The notes: generated by a model from the letters alone, not told the origin. Counted from the whole stretch's first letter, positions 1-12,568 are shown. The stretch is 62,444 nt of DNA, filler included, from Asterionella formosa (GCA_002256025.1; 11 parts of 11 records of this genome joined end to end with filler, not necessarily neighbours in it); one strand, 5' to 3'. Numbers and translations are program-made.

Positions 1-480
1 CTGCAAAGGACTTTTTATACATGGGAGGACCCCTTCAATTTCTTCTTTTCCTTTCTACAACTGCGATCGTTGCTACAGCATTGCCTTGGTGGCTCGCATG
101 GTTTGTGACGTCGGCTATGTTTATTGTAGCCTGTGCTATTCGTCTGTCAAATGGTGCCATCAAATCTTTTTTCTTCAAGGAAAATATTGAAAAAGATACC
201 CCTTAGTGAGGAGGCAAAGAGGAACCCATTGACAACTTAGGGTCACTTTAGTGATCACTACAACAAGGAGCATCATTTAGCAATTTGTTTTTATGTGTTT
301 TAACATTAATCATTTGGTTTAAGCCGTTGAGAAGCACATTAGCAGCTATGATCATACTACCACTTAATTAGTTTTGGTATCCATGATTGTTCAGGGTTTG
401 TCTAAATTGGCTTCACAGAGTAATTCATTACTGTGTTACCAATTGAATCACCTGCTGCTACTAGCAATGCTCTCCTCAAT

Positions 481-748
481 TGTTGGAGAAAATATTTTTG
501 GAAAGAAAATCCCTGTATGAATTACCTACTACATATTGAATCGAATGAATCAAGAAAGAATATGGTACCAGAGAATTCGAAAACAATCTACGCCAACAGT
601 TAAAAACCCATAATTCTATTAAAACTCTTAGGAAAGATTACAATCAATTACGGATACATCGTTGTTCATATCTACAGCCTATTTGGTCCCTGACGTGTCC
701 TTACAGGATACAAGAAAGCATAGAGTGCTTCGGGACGCAATTTCAACA
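481..748 (+). repeat. Predicted 5' LTR (268 bp)
   Basis: Starts TGTTG and ends CAACA (inverted termini), about 130 bp upstream of the gag ATG; the 3' LTR is not in the contig, so the boundary cannot be confirmed. Confidence 0.7.
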
Positions 749-763
749 GTTTTAATAGAATTA
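749..763 (+). promoter_or_regulatory. PBS position, complementary to the element's own LTR (611-625) rather than tRNA-like
   Basis: GTTTTAATAGAATTA directly follows the LTR-terminal CA, has no TGG start, and is the exact reverse complement of TAATTCTATTAAAAC at 611-625. Confidence 0.65.
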
Positions 764-881
764 GCCGGCCAGGAAGAGCCGTGATACCACAATCAGCAAC
801 AGGTGGACCATTGAGAGTCCGGAGACAAGATCTGAGGGTACCAGACCATCCAGAGTCTGAAGAAGTCGCACAAGGCGCATC

Positions 882-3800
882 ATGAGTGGCAAAGGAAAGT
901 TCACCAAGAAGGCTCAAGCCAAGGGCAAGTTTCAAGCCAAGGGAGGAAGCAAAATTGCTTCTCACTCCATCAAGAAGTCAGTCAATGACTATAACTACTA
1001 CCTCGGATCAGCAAAGCAGGCATCTGACTATGAGACTACTACTGAGTATCTCATCAACTACATCAAGAAAGTGTTCGATTATGGCAGCGACATTGGAATC
1101 GTGCTCAAGTCATTAGAACCAATCAACACAGCGGTATGGAAGCCAAGAATGCAAGTGAGCATTGCAACAACAGAAGAAGATTGCGCTGCAGAGAATCGAC
1201 AATATGAGATTGAGTTCAAGGCCGATTATGACACCTACAGTAAAAGGGTACAAGCCTGCGACTAAATTTTCAAGAAAATCGATATTCTATGTCGATCATT
1301 TTAGATGCGATGAGAACGCTTTTATTTACAAAGCAAAAGGAAGGAGAAAGTCTACAAAACTACACCAAAAGATTTCGTGTGGCACGAGATGTGCTCAAGT
1401 CACACATGGGAGGACCCATTATCCTCACCAAGTTTGTTGAAGCCATGGACGGATAAAACGAGACCAACTTCAAGCTACGAGATAAATTTCGTGAACAAGC
1501 TTTCAGTCAATTTATGGCATATTTATATCTCGATAATGCTGATCTAGCCAAATACGGATCAATTATGACAGGGCTGAACACTCAACAATCACTTGGCGAC
1601 AATCAATACCCGAAGACCATTACTGACTCAAATAATGTTCTAAGCAACCATTGGTTTGACATAACAAATAAATCCAACTACAAGAAACCATGAGATAATG
1701 ATAAAGAGAGGAAACAAAAGGATGCAGGGAAGGAAGATGAAGATGTGAACTTATCGTTTGCACAGTTAGAAGGAAAATGTTACTGCTGCGGAAAAGCAGG
1801 TCACAAATCTCCTTTGTGCCGAGACAAGAACAAACCCAAAGAGGAATGGGCTATCAACAGGGCCCAAAGCCATGCACAGGCACAGGCTTCTACATCAGAC
1901 ACAAGTACAGTTAACTCTGTTAATTCCAACAACCTGCCATCATCACAAGCTTCACAACAAGCAAATGTCAATCAATTTGGATGGGCGGGAGCTCATATGA
2001 AGCTACAATTTTACCAAGCATCTGAGATGCGTGACTGGATACTATTGGATAATCAATCAAGTGTCACAGTCTTTTGCAATCCAAAAATGGTTGAAAACAT
2101 TCAAATGTCAACCAATGGAAGCATGCACCTGGCCACAAATGGTGGATCCATGGTCACTAAAATGAAGGCTGATCTTCCACAATGGGGAGAAGTATGGTTT
2201 AATGAAAAGGCAATCACAAACATCTTCAGTTATGCCGAAATGGCAGATAGGTACAGAATTACCTATGACTTTGAGAAAGGAGATGCATTCATTGTTCATT
2301 TGCCTGACAAGACAGTTCGATTTGAAAGAATTGGGATGAACTTATATGTTTTCAAGCCAACTACAAGAATTAGAGCGGAGAATGCTCAAATGTTAAATAC
2401 ACTTGAAGAAAACAAAACATATTACACTGAATGTCAATTTCAGAGAGCTAAGCGAGCTCGTGATCTATTTCATGCCTTGGGTACACCATCAATTAATGAT
2501 TTCAAGGCAATAATTTGTATGAATACGATCAACAATAATCCAGTGACTACCGATGATATCAAAATTGCAGAGAAAATTTTTGGACCTGACATCAGAACAC
2601 TAAAAGGCAAGGCAACTCGTCGCAAGCCGCTGCCAGTCGTGAACGACTACATTGAGATTCCTAAGGAGCTCATCCAAGCTCAACGCGAAGTGATTCTTTG
2701 CATGGATGGAATGAAAGTGAATGGACAATCATTTCTCACAACAATTTCTCGAAACATTATGTATAGGACAGCGCAATGGGTCAAGAATCAGACAGCTGAA
2801 GTCTATCGAGATGCTTTGATTCAAGTATTTCGTGTTTATAATACCGGAGGATTTAAAATTACAACAATCCACTGTGACAACGAGTTTCGACCTTTGATGG
2901 AACAAATTTCCAATGAATTTCAAGTCACTATGAACTACGCAAACCCACAAGAACATGTTCCTGAAGTGGAGCGAAATAATCGAGTGATTAAAGAACGCGT
3001 GCACGCAGCTTATCATCGATTACCTTTCAAACATTTGCCACGACTGATGATTAAGATTCTAGTGACAGAATCTGCAAAGAAACTGAATTTCTTTCCGGCA
3101 AAGAACGGGATATCCCCGTATTACAGTCTTCGTATGATTCTACATCAACGAAACCTGGACTATGCTCGACATTGCCAGTATACATTTGGCACTTATGTCC
3201 AAGCAAATGAAGAACCTGTGTTTTCAAACACAAATGCACCACGCAGCCTAGATTGCATTTATCTACGCTGCAATGACAATGTGCAAGGGGGTCATGAATT
3301 ATTACACCTACCTACAAATTCATTGATCACTAGACAAACAGTTACTCCTCTACCATTTACCCCAGCAATCATGAATCAAGTACACAACCTTGCTGTGCAG
3401 GAAAATATGCCAGATGGTCTCAAGATATCAAATCGAACGGGACAACTATTTTATGATAGTGCTTGGATTGCAGGAGTGGATTATGATAATGAAGCATTTG
3501 AAGATGCACAAGATGGAGATTATGAAGATCAAGACGATAGTGAAAACGAAAGCAATGATGAAATTCTCAGAGAAGAAGACTATGATGAAATGACTCCAGA
3601 TGAAATATACGAAGCAGAACAGCTTGAATTAAACAACAATACTCAAGAGGATGACCCTGAACCTGACAAGGGCAACAATGAGAATAATATTGAAATGAAT
3701 GCAGATGAAATCCAAGATGAGGATGAAGAACCAGCAAATGAAACTGAAAATGAAGAGACAATGTTAGAAGTCAATCCAAGCACTGAGGATGACACAGACC

Positions 3801-5597
3801 CAAATGTTAGAACTACAAGGTCTGGAAGAGTCTCAAGACCACCATCAAAACTAACTATGGTCCAAAATCATTTGCATACCCAAGCACACTATCAAGAAGA
3901 ATACACGACTGATAATGCGAAAGTGATCGCAAAGACAATGTGTTATATGAATGAGATGTGTATCGATAAAGAAGCATTTCACTTTGTTCAGTCATACAGC
4001 TTAAAGAAAGGCCTCAAGAAATTTGGCCAGAAAGGAAGAGACGCTGCTTATAAGGAAATGAAACAACTACATGATACAGTTGTGTTTGAACCGATTAGGA
4101 TTGAAGACCTACCTGATATAGACAAGGGTTGTGCAATGGAAAGTCTAATTTTTTTGGTTGAAAAAAGAGACAAAAGCATTAAAGGCAGAGCATGTGCCAA
4201 TGGCAGTTCGCAGCGTGAATACATGGAAAGAGATGAAGCAGCCAGTCCAACTACCATGACTGAATCTTTTATGATAACAGCAACAATTGATGCGAAGCAA
4301 AATCGCGATGTTATGACTGCAGATATACCCAATGCATTTGAGCAAGTGGATATCGATGAGAAAGAAAAAGGGGAACAAATCATTATGAAGATTAGAGTTT
4401 TACTTGTCAATATGTTGACAGAACTCAGCCCCGAGACTTATGAAAAACATGTTGTTTATGAAGGAAACGACAAGGTCCTATATGTTAGGATGATCAAGGC
4501 ATTATATGGCATGTTACAGTCATCATTATTATATTACAAGAAATTTCGGAAGGATATTGAGTCAATTGGATTCAAGGTAAACCCATATGATCCATGTGTT
4601 GCAAATCGCATTGTTAATGGCAAACAGCACACAGTTACTTGGCACGTAGACGATTTGAAATCAAGTCACGTGGACAGGAAAGTGAATGATCAAATTTTGG
4701 AATGGCTCAAAAAGAAATACGCTTCTGACGAAATTGGTGAAGTCAAGGTCATGCGTGGAAAGAAGCATGATTATTTGGCTATGACGCTAGATTACTCTAT
4801 TCCAGGAGTGTTGAGGGTGGACATGACCAAATATGTGAAGTCAATGATTAATGATTTTCCGGATAAACTTGAAGGTGTCGGAAAATTTCCATGGACAGAT
4901 AAACTGTTCACAGTTGATACGAAATCAAAGAAGCTTGAACATGAAAAAGCAAAAATATTTCATACTTTTGTTATGAAAGGAATGTTCCTATGTAAGCGAG
5001 GAAGACAGGACATTCAACCGGGAATTGCATTTCTGGCGACCCGAACTACCGAACCAAATGAAGGTGATTGGGTAAAATTAGTCAAGATCATGAATTTCTT
5101 GAAAGCAACTCAGAACGAGGTTGCATTTATGAGTGCTGATGACACTCAGAGCATTAAATGGTACGTTGATGCGGCGTTTGCAGTGCACAAAGATTTTAAA
5201 AGTCACACAGGAGCTACAATGTCACTTGGAAACGGAATTATCTGTTCTATGTCTACGAAACAGAAAGTGAACACTAGAAGTTCGACTGAAGCAGAATTGG
5301 TTGGTGTCGATGACATCATATCAAAGGTGTTCTGGACGAAAATTTTTTATTGAAGCACAAGGACACAAGGTGACTACGAATGTCATTTACCGTGACAACA
5401 CTAGCGCAATGAAGCTAGAAGCAAATGGAAAAGCAAGTTCAGGAAAACGCACGCGACATTTCAACATCAAACATTTTTATATTACTGATCTTATTGAAAG
5501 AAAGGAAGTACAAATCAAGTACTGTCCATCGGATGCAATGTTAGCAGACTACATGACAAAACCACTGGTTGGAACGAAATTTATTCATTTTCGTCAG
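882..5597 (+). pseudogene. Disrupted gag-pol polyprotein
   Basis: Gag is broken near 1255-1265 (apparent deletion or frameshift), with in-frame stops near 1454 and 1690; 1202-aa open pol frame at 1745-5353; frameshift near 5340 in RNase H. Confidence 0.9.
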
Positions 5598-5697
5598 NNN
5601 NNNNNNNNNNNNNNNNNNNNNNNNNNNNNNNNNNNNNNNNNTTAATTAATTAANNNNNNNNNNNNNNNNNNNNNNNNNNNNNNNNNNNNNNNNNNNN
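5598..5697. other. Artificial contig linker N44-TTAATTAATTAA-N44 (also at 11294, 16986, 22676, 28366, 34052, 39736, 45421, 51098, 56775)
   Basis: Identical 100-nt spacer with stops in all six frames; flanking genes are cut off and unrelated. Confidence 0.98.
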
Positions 5698-5832
5698 TAT
5701 ATGTGTTTAGAAAATCAAAGGCCTGTCCTCATCGGTTTACATTTCAGGAGCATTTAGTTGATTTCAAAACCGTTCAACGGACCATTTAACGGATTTAGCG
5801 AATATTGCATTTCTTCTTTTTGACGCTTGTTC
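5698..5832 (+). repeat. Left arm of a 135-bp inverted repeat bounding contig 2
   Basis: Reverse complement of 11159-11293, one mismatch by eye. Confidence 0.95.
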
Positions 5833-6197
5833 CTCCTGTACACAGCTTATTTACAAGTTGGTTTTCGGCAGGTTGCCCCTCACCGGTAAATATATCATTT
5901 ATCCGCAAAACTTGCCGACTGGCTGGCTGTTCATAGAAACAATCAAACCATTTACAGTGCCTGGTACCAGGGTACCTGGTACCTGGTACCGGTACACAAA
6001 ATGTAACAGGCATCGTCACATGAGTGATCAAAAATACCTACACCGTCCACGTAAACCGTATGGTTTTACATTGCATGTGCGTAAATAATACCGGTAAACA
6101 AAAGTGTCTCTGATATATTATTTAAATAAAAACAAAAAGATAATATCGATCACATTTTATTAGCTACTCCTCTGGGGTTGTCATCTAACACTGGGAG

Positions 6198-6395
6198 CAC
6201 TGCCTTTAACAGGAAACGAAAGTACCCTGTATTGGCAACTGTTGGTACGTTTTCAACCGGTTTTCGTCCTCAAAATCCAGTCATACCTTGTATTTAGCAT
6301 TGCAATGTTTTCCAATACAAGGTACCGGTCATTTGATTTGTTTCAATACAAGGTGATGTACCATTCCAATACAAGGTTCACCTTGTAACCTTGTG
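6198..6395. repeat. Cluster of CCAATACAAGG-like motifs in both orientations, resembling TE subterminal repeats after a CACTG
   Basis: ccctgtattgg, ccttgtattt, ccaatacaagg, tcaatacaagg, ccaatacaagg within about 200 bp; no matching opposite end found. Confidence 0.4.
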
Positions 6396-7128
6396 TGCAG
6401 AGTGCAGGGTAGTTGAAATCTTGAATCAGGTTCACTTTGCCATTGTTTTGCCCCCAACTTTCCACTAGTAAGAAATGGAGGAAATGATGTATTTATATTT
6501 TTTAATGTCTGATGTGATGGTGCATGTTGCCTTTTCTGGAAATAGCCATCATCACAAACAACCTTGAAAGCCCAATTCATTAAATGGTGATCAAAATATG
6601 ATGGTGACAAAAAATTCGTTGAGAAAAAACATGAGCTCCAACTCTATGGGATTCATTGCTTGCTGATGCTTCTCTAATGGGAATTCACAAATTGTTTGGT
6701 AGAGGAGAATGTTTCAATTGATCTAACAAAAATCCTTCCATGCTCATCATTTTCAAAATACTGTTTACTTTTTTCCTGAAATCAATTCAAGCAAAGTGTA
6801 CCGTCTTCTTGCTCCTCCTCATAGAGGCAATATCACTATCACTACAATCCGGGAAATTATAATTTTCTTTGGGGAAACAAGATACATTATAGGATAATGG
6901 TTGCTGAATGTAATCAGCTCCAGTTCTGCTCGTGAAATAGAGTTCAGAAGGTGTTGTGGTACAAGATTCTGACAATGTAATTGATGTCGGAAATATCTGG
7001 TGTTCCTGTGAACAAACATAACACCAACCAAATGGTAGGAAAGTGCTAGTATTTGAGCAAATTATGTGATGCAGTCTGGATGGTTTCCGATTTTTCCTCA
7101 CTTTGTAGCCGCATAGTGGACACCAGTT

Positions 7129-9960
7129 CATCTGCAAATAAAAACTATCATGAATAAAGGATCAAGGGTATCATACACTAAGTGGCACAGGATTTTTACA
7201 TATATGATAGTTTTTGGATCAAAAATATGATCAATGTATCATATAATTATGATCATACAGTAAACTTTTACCAAGCTTGAAGTATGATGATACTATCATA
7301 GTTATAATACCATTGCATCATATAATTAGTTGAACAGAGTCCTATGATGTGTATACTTTTGTCATGCATCTATCTTAGCATGGTCGTAATTCTCATCGAT
7401 ATCACTGTCTAAAATAGGATGAAATTAATCGAAATTTAGAACTATGTTTAAGAATGGTTCTATGTTTCTATATCTTGAGTGGCTACAGAATCTTCTACAA
7501 TGCTCTCATCGCAATGATTGGTGCTTCAGCTGCTTTCACTTCCAGCTTCCCCCCAATCCAATTCTGAAGGTTGTTGTAGTACTGGTTGCCTTGCCGTTGT
7601 TCCCATGCTTTGTTCCATTTACTCCTGATGGATCTGAGTTTGCATTCACGCATTTTCTTATTACTATTGAATCGGTTTCGTTGTTCCAATCAGCCATAGT
7701 AACAAAGAGAAGCAATTCATGATTGTTAGCTGTTCATGTTTTGCTTACACAACAACATGCATTTCGCTTCTATCTTCACTTACCACAAATTGAGGAAGTA
7801 ACTGATGCATATTCTGTAAAAGAATGTGTCAGTTGAAGATTGAATAAGAAAGTATCGATCAATAAATGGGCTCCAATGCTGCTGTTGTTTGTAACTTACA
7901 AAAACTGTTTGTCTACCATTATCCTGAAAGAAGCAACACATATGTGTCAGTTTTTCTAAGATTCGTGGATTGATCCAAAGATGATAGCACTTACCGATTT
8001 CTTTTGTCCGCATTGATGGTTGGCCACCAAATCGAAAGAGAGCTATTGAATCACTGAAAGGGGACGAGTAATTCCGTATTTGTAATCCCAACAATTGATC
8101 ATCCTGGCAATTGCTCTTGACATGCCGTGATACTATGCACAGCTTGTTGATTCCGCCCTTCTCCATCATATCCACTCCTTCTTAGCCGCATGGTGGCCTG
8201 TATCATCGTGTTGTCTTGTAAATTCAGTTTTTCGCATCATGTGTTGCTTGAGATCCTTCATTTCAGGAAGTGTATGCATGACAAGGAACATGAAAGGCAT
8301 TTGCTCTTGACTTACCATCAATTGATCCCGCCCTTCTTCGTAGTCAGCACTCTTTCTAAGCCGGAAGTATCATTGTGTTGTATTTTCACTTTCGTTTTCC
8401 GCGCCATCATGTGTGATGATCCTTCATTTCAGGAGCAAAGTGTATGCATGACAAGGAACATGAAAACATGTGTTCAAATGTTTCAGCCATGAAAACATCT
8501 ATAGAAAGATTTGTAAGTTTAAATGTAAATATAGTTGAATATTTGCATTGTTTTAAACACGCTCAGCATTATACGGCACATCCTGTGTAAACTAATATCA
8601 ATTTTGATTATACATAATTCAAATATATACAATGCATGATGAGTTCATAGTTTTCCATGACCTGTTGAATTTCTTCAATTTGTTTTGTGTCAATTCTTGT
8701 ACCTACAAAGTCAGTGGCTGATTAAATTAAGCCCCTTAATAAAGGGAAGTTATCACCAATTTTTCAAATGGTCGAAATCATACATTTATGTATATAGACA
8801 CATTGACTATATACATTCGAAAAATTCATATGGCCTTCCAGTAGTACTGTATAGTACTTGCTGGGTATTACTACTATCATGGGAGTACCACAACAATGCA
8901 GCGGAAAACTGAATATGCTCATGTGTTTAGGATCATTTGATCATATTTCTAAGATCAATTAATCCTGATTCTTGAAAATAAATTTTTGATCTTTCATTTT
9001 CTTATCAACGACACCATTTATCATATGATCAATATGTTATGATCAAAGGTATAGGATAAACGAATCTTTATCATATGATCAATATGTTATGATCAAAGGT
9101 ATAGACTGGCTGGTGGTCGATAGGCCAAAGTGTCTCGCTTTTCATGAACATCGACTACAAAGTACTAGTGCTTTTGTCGAGGTTTGTGTCTAAATCCAAC
9201 TGCTGCCATCCATTGAAATATTCCAGATACATCAAAGAATAGCTACGCTCCTGTCTTCAAAGGTAAGGAACTAGTACGATGACAAAGAAAATCTAATGAG
9301 ACATGAAAATTACAAAACCAGAATCACTCTGTTACTATAAATAGACGGCACAGTCTAATGCTTCTTTGTGCATATCGCCTGCTATGCTGCGTTTCGATTC
9401 TAGATGTATTACGTTCTTGTTAGAGAGACAATGCTGTTCTACAATGGATGTTGTTTAGCTATAATTGAGGTTGTAACACTGATTGATGCTCTGGTGACAG
9501 ACCGGAAATATTCGTCTTGTGTGATGAGCCATTTCGTTTTCATTGGATTTCTTTTCAAGCTCTTAACAGATTGCATACAAACATACTGTGCACTGTAGAT
9601 GATGACGATTCATCGAAGACATATGATGACTTGAACGACAAATGAAGATTTTATCACAAACACTTGTTCCTCTTGACATGGCTGCTTTGTCGTTGTTGCA
9701 AGAATCAGTGTGAGGACTGGAGAGGATGATGAACCAAACCACATTACTTTAACTGGTACATTATCCTACCAAGAAATTTAAATAAAGGAACCTAAAAGAA
9801 ACAATGCATATAATAATTGAATTTCCATAGTCAAAAGGGTTACTATTTAAATTATGAGGGCATTTATCAAAATTATTAGATGACATAACGAAAAATTATG
9901 ATCAAATGATCATAATCTTATGATGCATAATAGGAATATGATGGTTTTCATTTGCAGACA
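7129..9960 (+). mobile_element. Non-autonomous TIR DNA transposon, copy 1 (2.8 kb, both ends present)
   Basis: 23-nt TIRs CATCTGCAAATAAAAACTATCAT and TGTCTGCAAATGAAAACCATCAT (revcomp); TT on both flanks; TGATCATA-rich subtermini; homologous segments at 13766-13930, 18083-19872 and 56911-58018. Confidence 0.85.
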
Positions 9961-11158
9961 TTATAGATCCATTGTGTAGCACTTGACAACATGCATCTAC
10001 GCACAAATACATCAAAGTTATCCTGCCTTCAGATTATCTATGTCTTAATAGACATGAATAGTAAAACAACTTCGTTTCTATATATTATTGATGTCAATTA
10101 AGTTCATGCATATTGGTACCTGCTATACATGACAATATTGTGAAAGCAATTCCCACTCCAGCTATTGTCTTGCCATTTGTGCTTACTTTGCTTTATTCTC
10201 TCCAAACTCAAATCAATCTCTTTTGCCAGACAACTGAGCAATTTTTAGGCTCTAAGTAATTTTTATTTAAGGGCAATATGGGGCACATCGAATTTTTCGG
10301 CATTAAAATTGCTGATTTTAGCATGACAGCCAGAATAATGGTAAAATACATAGAAAGGGTACAGCAAGCATAAAACACATGAGAATGATTGTAACATGCA
10401 ACATCAATGAAAATTGAACATGATGTTTGGAGCAACCAAAGTATGAAATGCGATGTAATAAGTAGCATCAAATAAGAAATAGAAGAAATTGTTTTGTGTT
10501 AGAAATGAAGTGAAAAATAGGAGTTTCAATGGAGATGTATGCATTGTGACATTGTAGTATTACTTAAAAAGGCAATTGACTCTCCATCACCACACAATCA
10601 AAAACCGAAAAATAAAGAAAAATGCAAATACCAATTTAGACCTGCATTGTTATGTAGCATAGATGATCTGGTTGCTGCAACCAGCATGCACATCACTGTA
10701 GTAGCCTGACACCAGTAGCAGTCTTTCTGTCACAGCCAGTCATTCCTCCCAACAAACAAGCAACCCTGATCATTCCATTCCATTCTGAGCAAGCGTGATT
10801 GCCAGGCTGTTCCAGCAATATCAATTCCCTCTAGCTAAGTATTGTTATGTAGCTTGTGATATGAACTCATAGTATAAAGGTAGCAAAACCTGTTAGTACA
10901 AGAAAAGCATTGCTTGGCAGCAATATTGACAACATGATCAACAACTGTACAGATCAACAACAATACATCTTCAAAGAGTTGGCATTGATACATTGATCAG
11001 CCCTTGTGTAGATAGTTACGATGGAATCAAAACAATGCAGAATAACAAAAAATGAAGGAAGCGATCAAAATGGACCATGGAAGCAATCAAATCGGAAATT
11101 TGACAATTATATCAATGATCACATTCAGTGTTTCACTGTTGTACTCACCGAACCACTC

Positions 11159-11293
11159 GAACAAGTGTCAAAAAGAAGAAATGCAATATTCGCTAAATCC
11201 GTTAAATGGTCCGTTGAACGGTTTTGAAATCAACTAAATGCTCCTGAAATGTAAACCGATGAGGACAGGCCTTTGATTTTCTAAACACATATA
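11159..11293 (-). repeat. Right arm of the 135-bp inverted repeat bounding contig 2
   Basis: Reverse complement of 5698-5832. Confidence 0.95.
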
Positions 11294-11393
11294 NNNNNNN
11301 NNNNNNNNNNNNNNNNNNNNNNNNNNNNNNNNNNNNNTTAATTAATTAANNNNNNNNNNNNNNNNNNNNNNNNNNNNNNNNNNNNNNNNNNNN

Positions 11394-12366
11394 ATGCACA
11401 TGCCACAAAATGTTGATTTGATGTAATCTAAACGTGCCTTGTTGATACATTCAATGGTTTGATTCATTGGAAGTAGTGCATCAGAACCATTCCATATGAA
11501 ATCGGCAAGCTCTGGGTCACTCTCCACTTCTTTGCCTAACTCCGGTTTCACTGTGTATAGCCGAGTTAGGCAGGTCAACATTGGGCAAACCAATCCTGTT
11601 TGTGATTGGAAATGCCTTTCATACTACTTGGACCAGATAGCAGGGCGGGATGTTTGATTCTCTTTTGGGACCAGAAAAAAGCACATTAGATTGATATTCT
11701 GTTTTACAGTACCTGCAATTCGCGAACTATAACATCAGACTTACATGTTCACAGCAAAACTTCTTGGTCTTGAAAATAAAACTCACAACCTTTTTGACAA
11801 TTGATGGATCGGTTCAATTTTAGCTAAGCGGCCGGGAACGACGATCTGATAAGGCTGCTGAAATTGAAGATTTTTGTTAACCTCGTATGGACGAGTTTTG
11901 AACCGAATTACGATTAGTGATTGAGTTCATTGACCAATTGATAATATCCTTTGGGAAGTGAAAAATGTTATTCCCTCAGTTTGTCATGTACTTGTTGGTC
12001 CGTGCGATTAGAAAATTTATGATATGGTACCATGTTGTCCATCTGCATCCGGGAGTTATTAATGGTATCATCGACAGGAGCCATTTTTCTTGTATCAACA
12101 AGCAACTGAAAAGGAAACGTCATCATCGCTTTTCAGTGTCAATTAGCTACGGAAGCCTTTGTACTAGTAGCTGATGGTGTCCCCATCGAAGATGGGGTAG
12201 TACCTCCACTACCTCCCTGTTGCTGATTGGGTTCCTTTGGATAGTTGCCTATTCGCTTTTTATTTGTTAACTCATTTTGGTACTTGCTTCTTTGTTCCAT
12301 ACCGGCAGTATTTGCCACATGTCGCTTGTTTGTTCCATGAACCTCTTTATGGCTTCTTGAAGACAT
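11394..12366 (-). pseudogene. Degraded, possibly intron-containing coding remnant of unknown family
   Basis: Short coding-like ORF pieces on the minus strand with GTAAGT...AG intron-like segments near 11650-11745; lies inward of a TIR-family end. Confidence 0.3.
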
Positions 12367-12568
12367 TGTACTACTAGATAACTGTTGTCGTTCTCTTTCT
12401 TAAAGTTCGATGATCTTAAATTCAGGTGTTGCAAGCCACAATGAAATGAATCATCAGCCACTACATATAATATTTTACGCTGTCTAGATATGATACCATA
12501 AAATCAACAGCGCTATTAACATTATCATATACAAAATCAGAACCGAGTTTGAGTAATAGCATATCTTG

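Larger units (their letters stand above)
481..5597 (+). mobile_element. Ty1/Copia LTR retrotransposon (diatom CoDi-like), 3' end lost at the contig edge
   Basis: 5' LTR followed by gag-pol in Copia order: zinc knuckle CYCCGKAGHKSPLC, protease LLDNQS, integrase (CMDG...HCDNEF...EVERNNR), RT (ADIPNAF, KALYG, WHVDD), RNase H (WYVDAAF, TEAELV, DNTSA, ADYMTK). Confidence 0.95.

Noticed and set aside
5642..5653. Regularly spaced TTAATTAATTAA palindromes about every 5.7 kb
   Set aside because: Artificial linker embedded in N runs.
7444..8912. Short ORFs inside the TIR element as element-encoded proteins
   Set aside because: Frames are broken by indels between copies 1 and 2, and no motif is recognisable.
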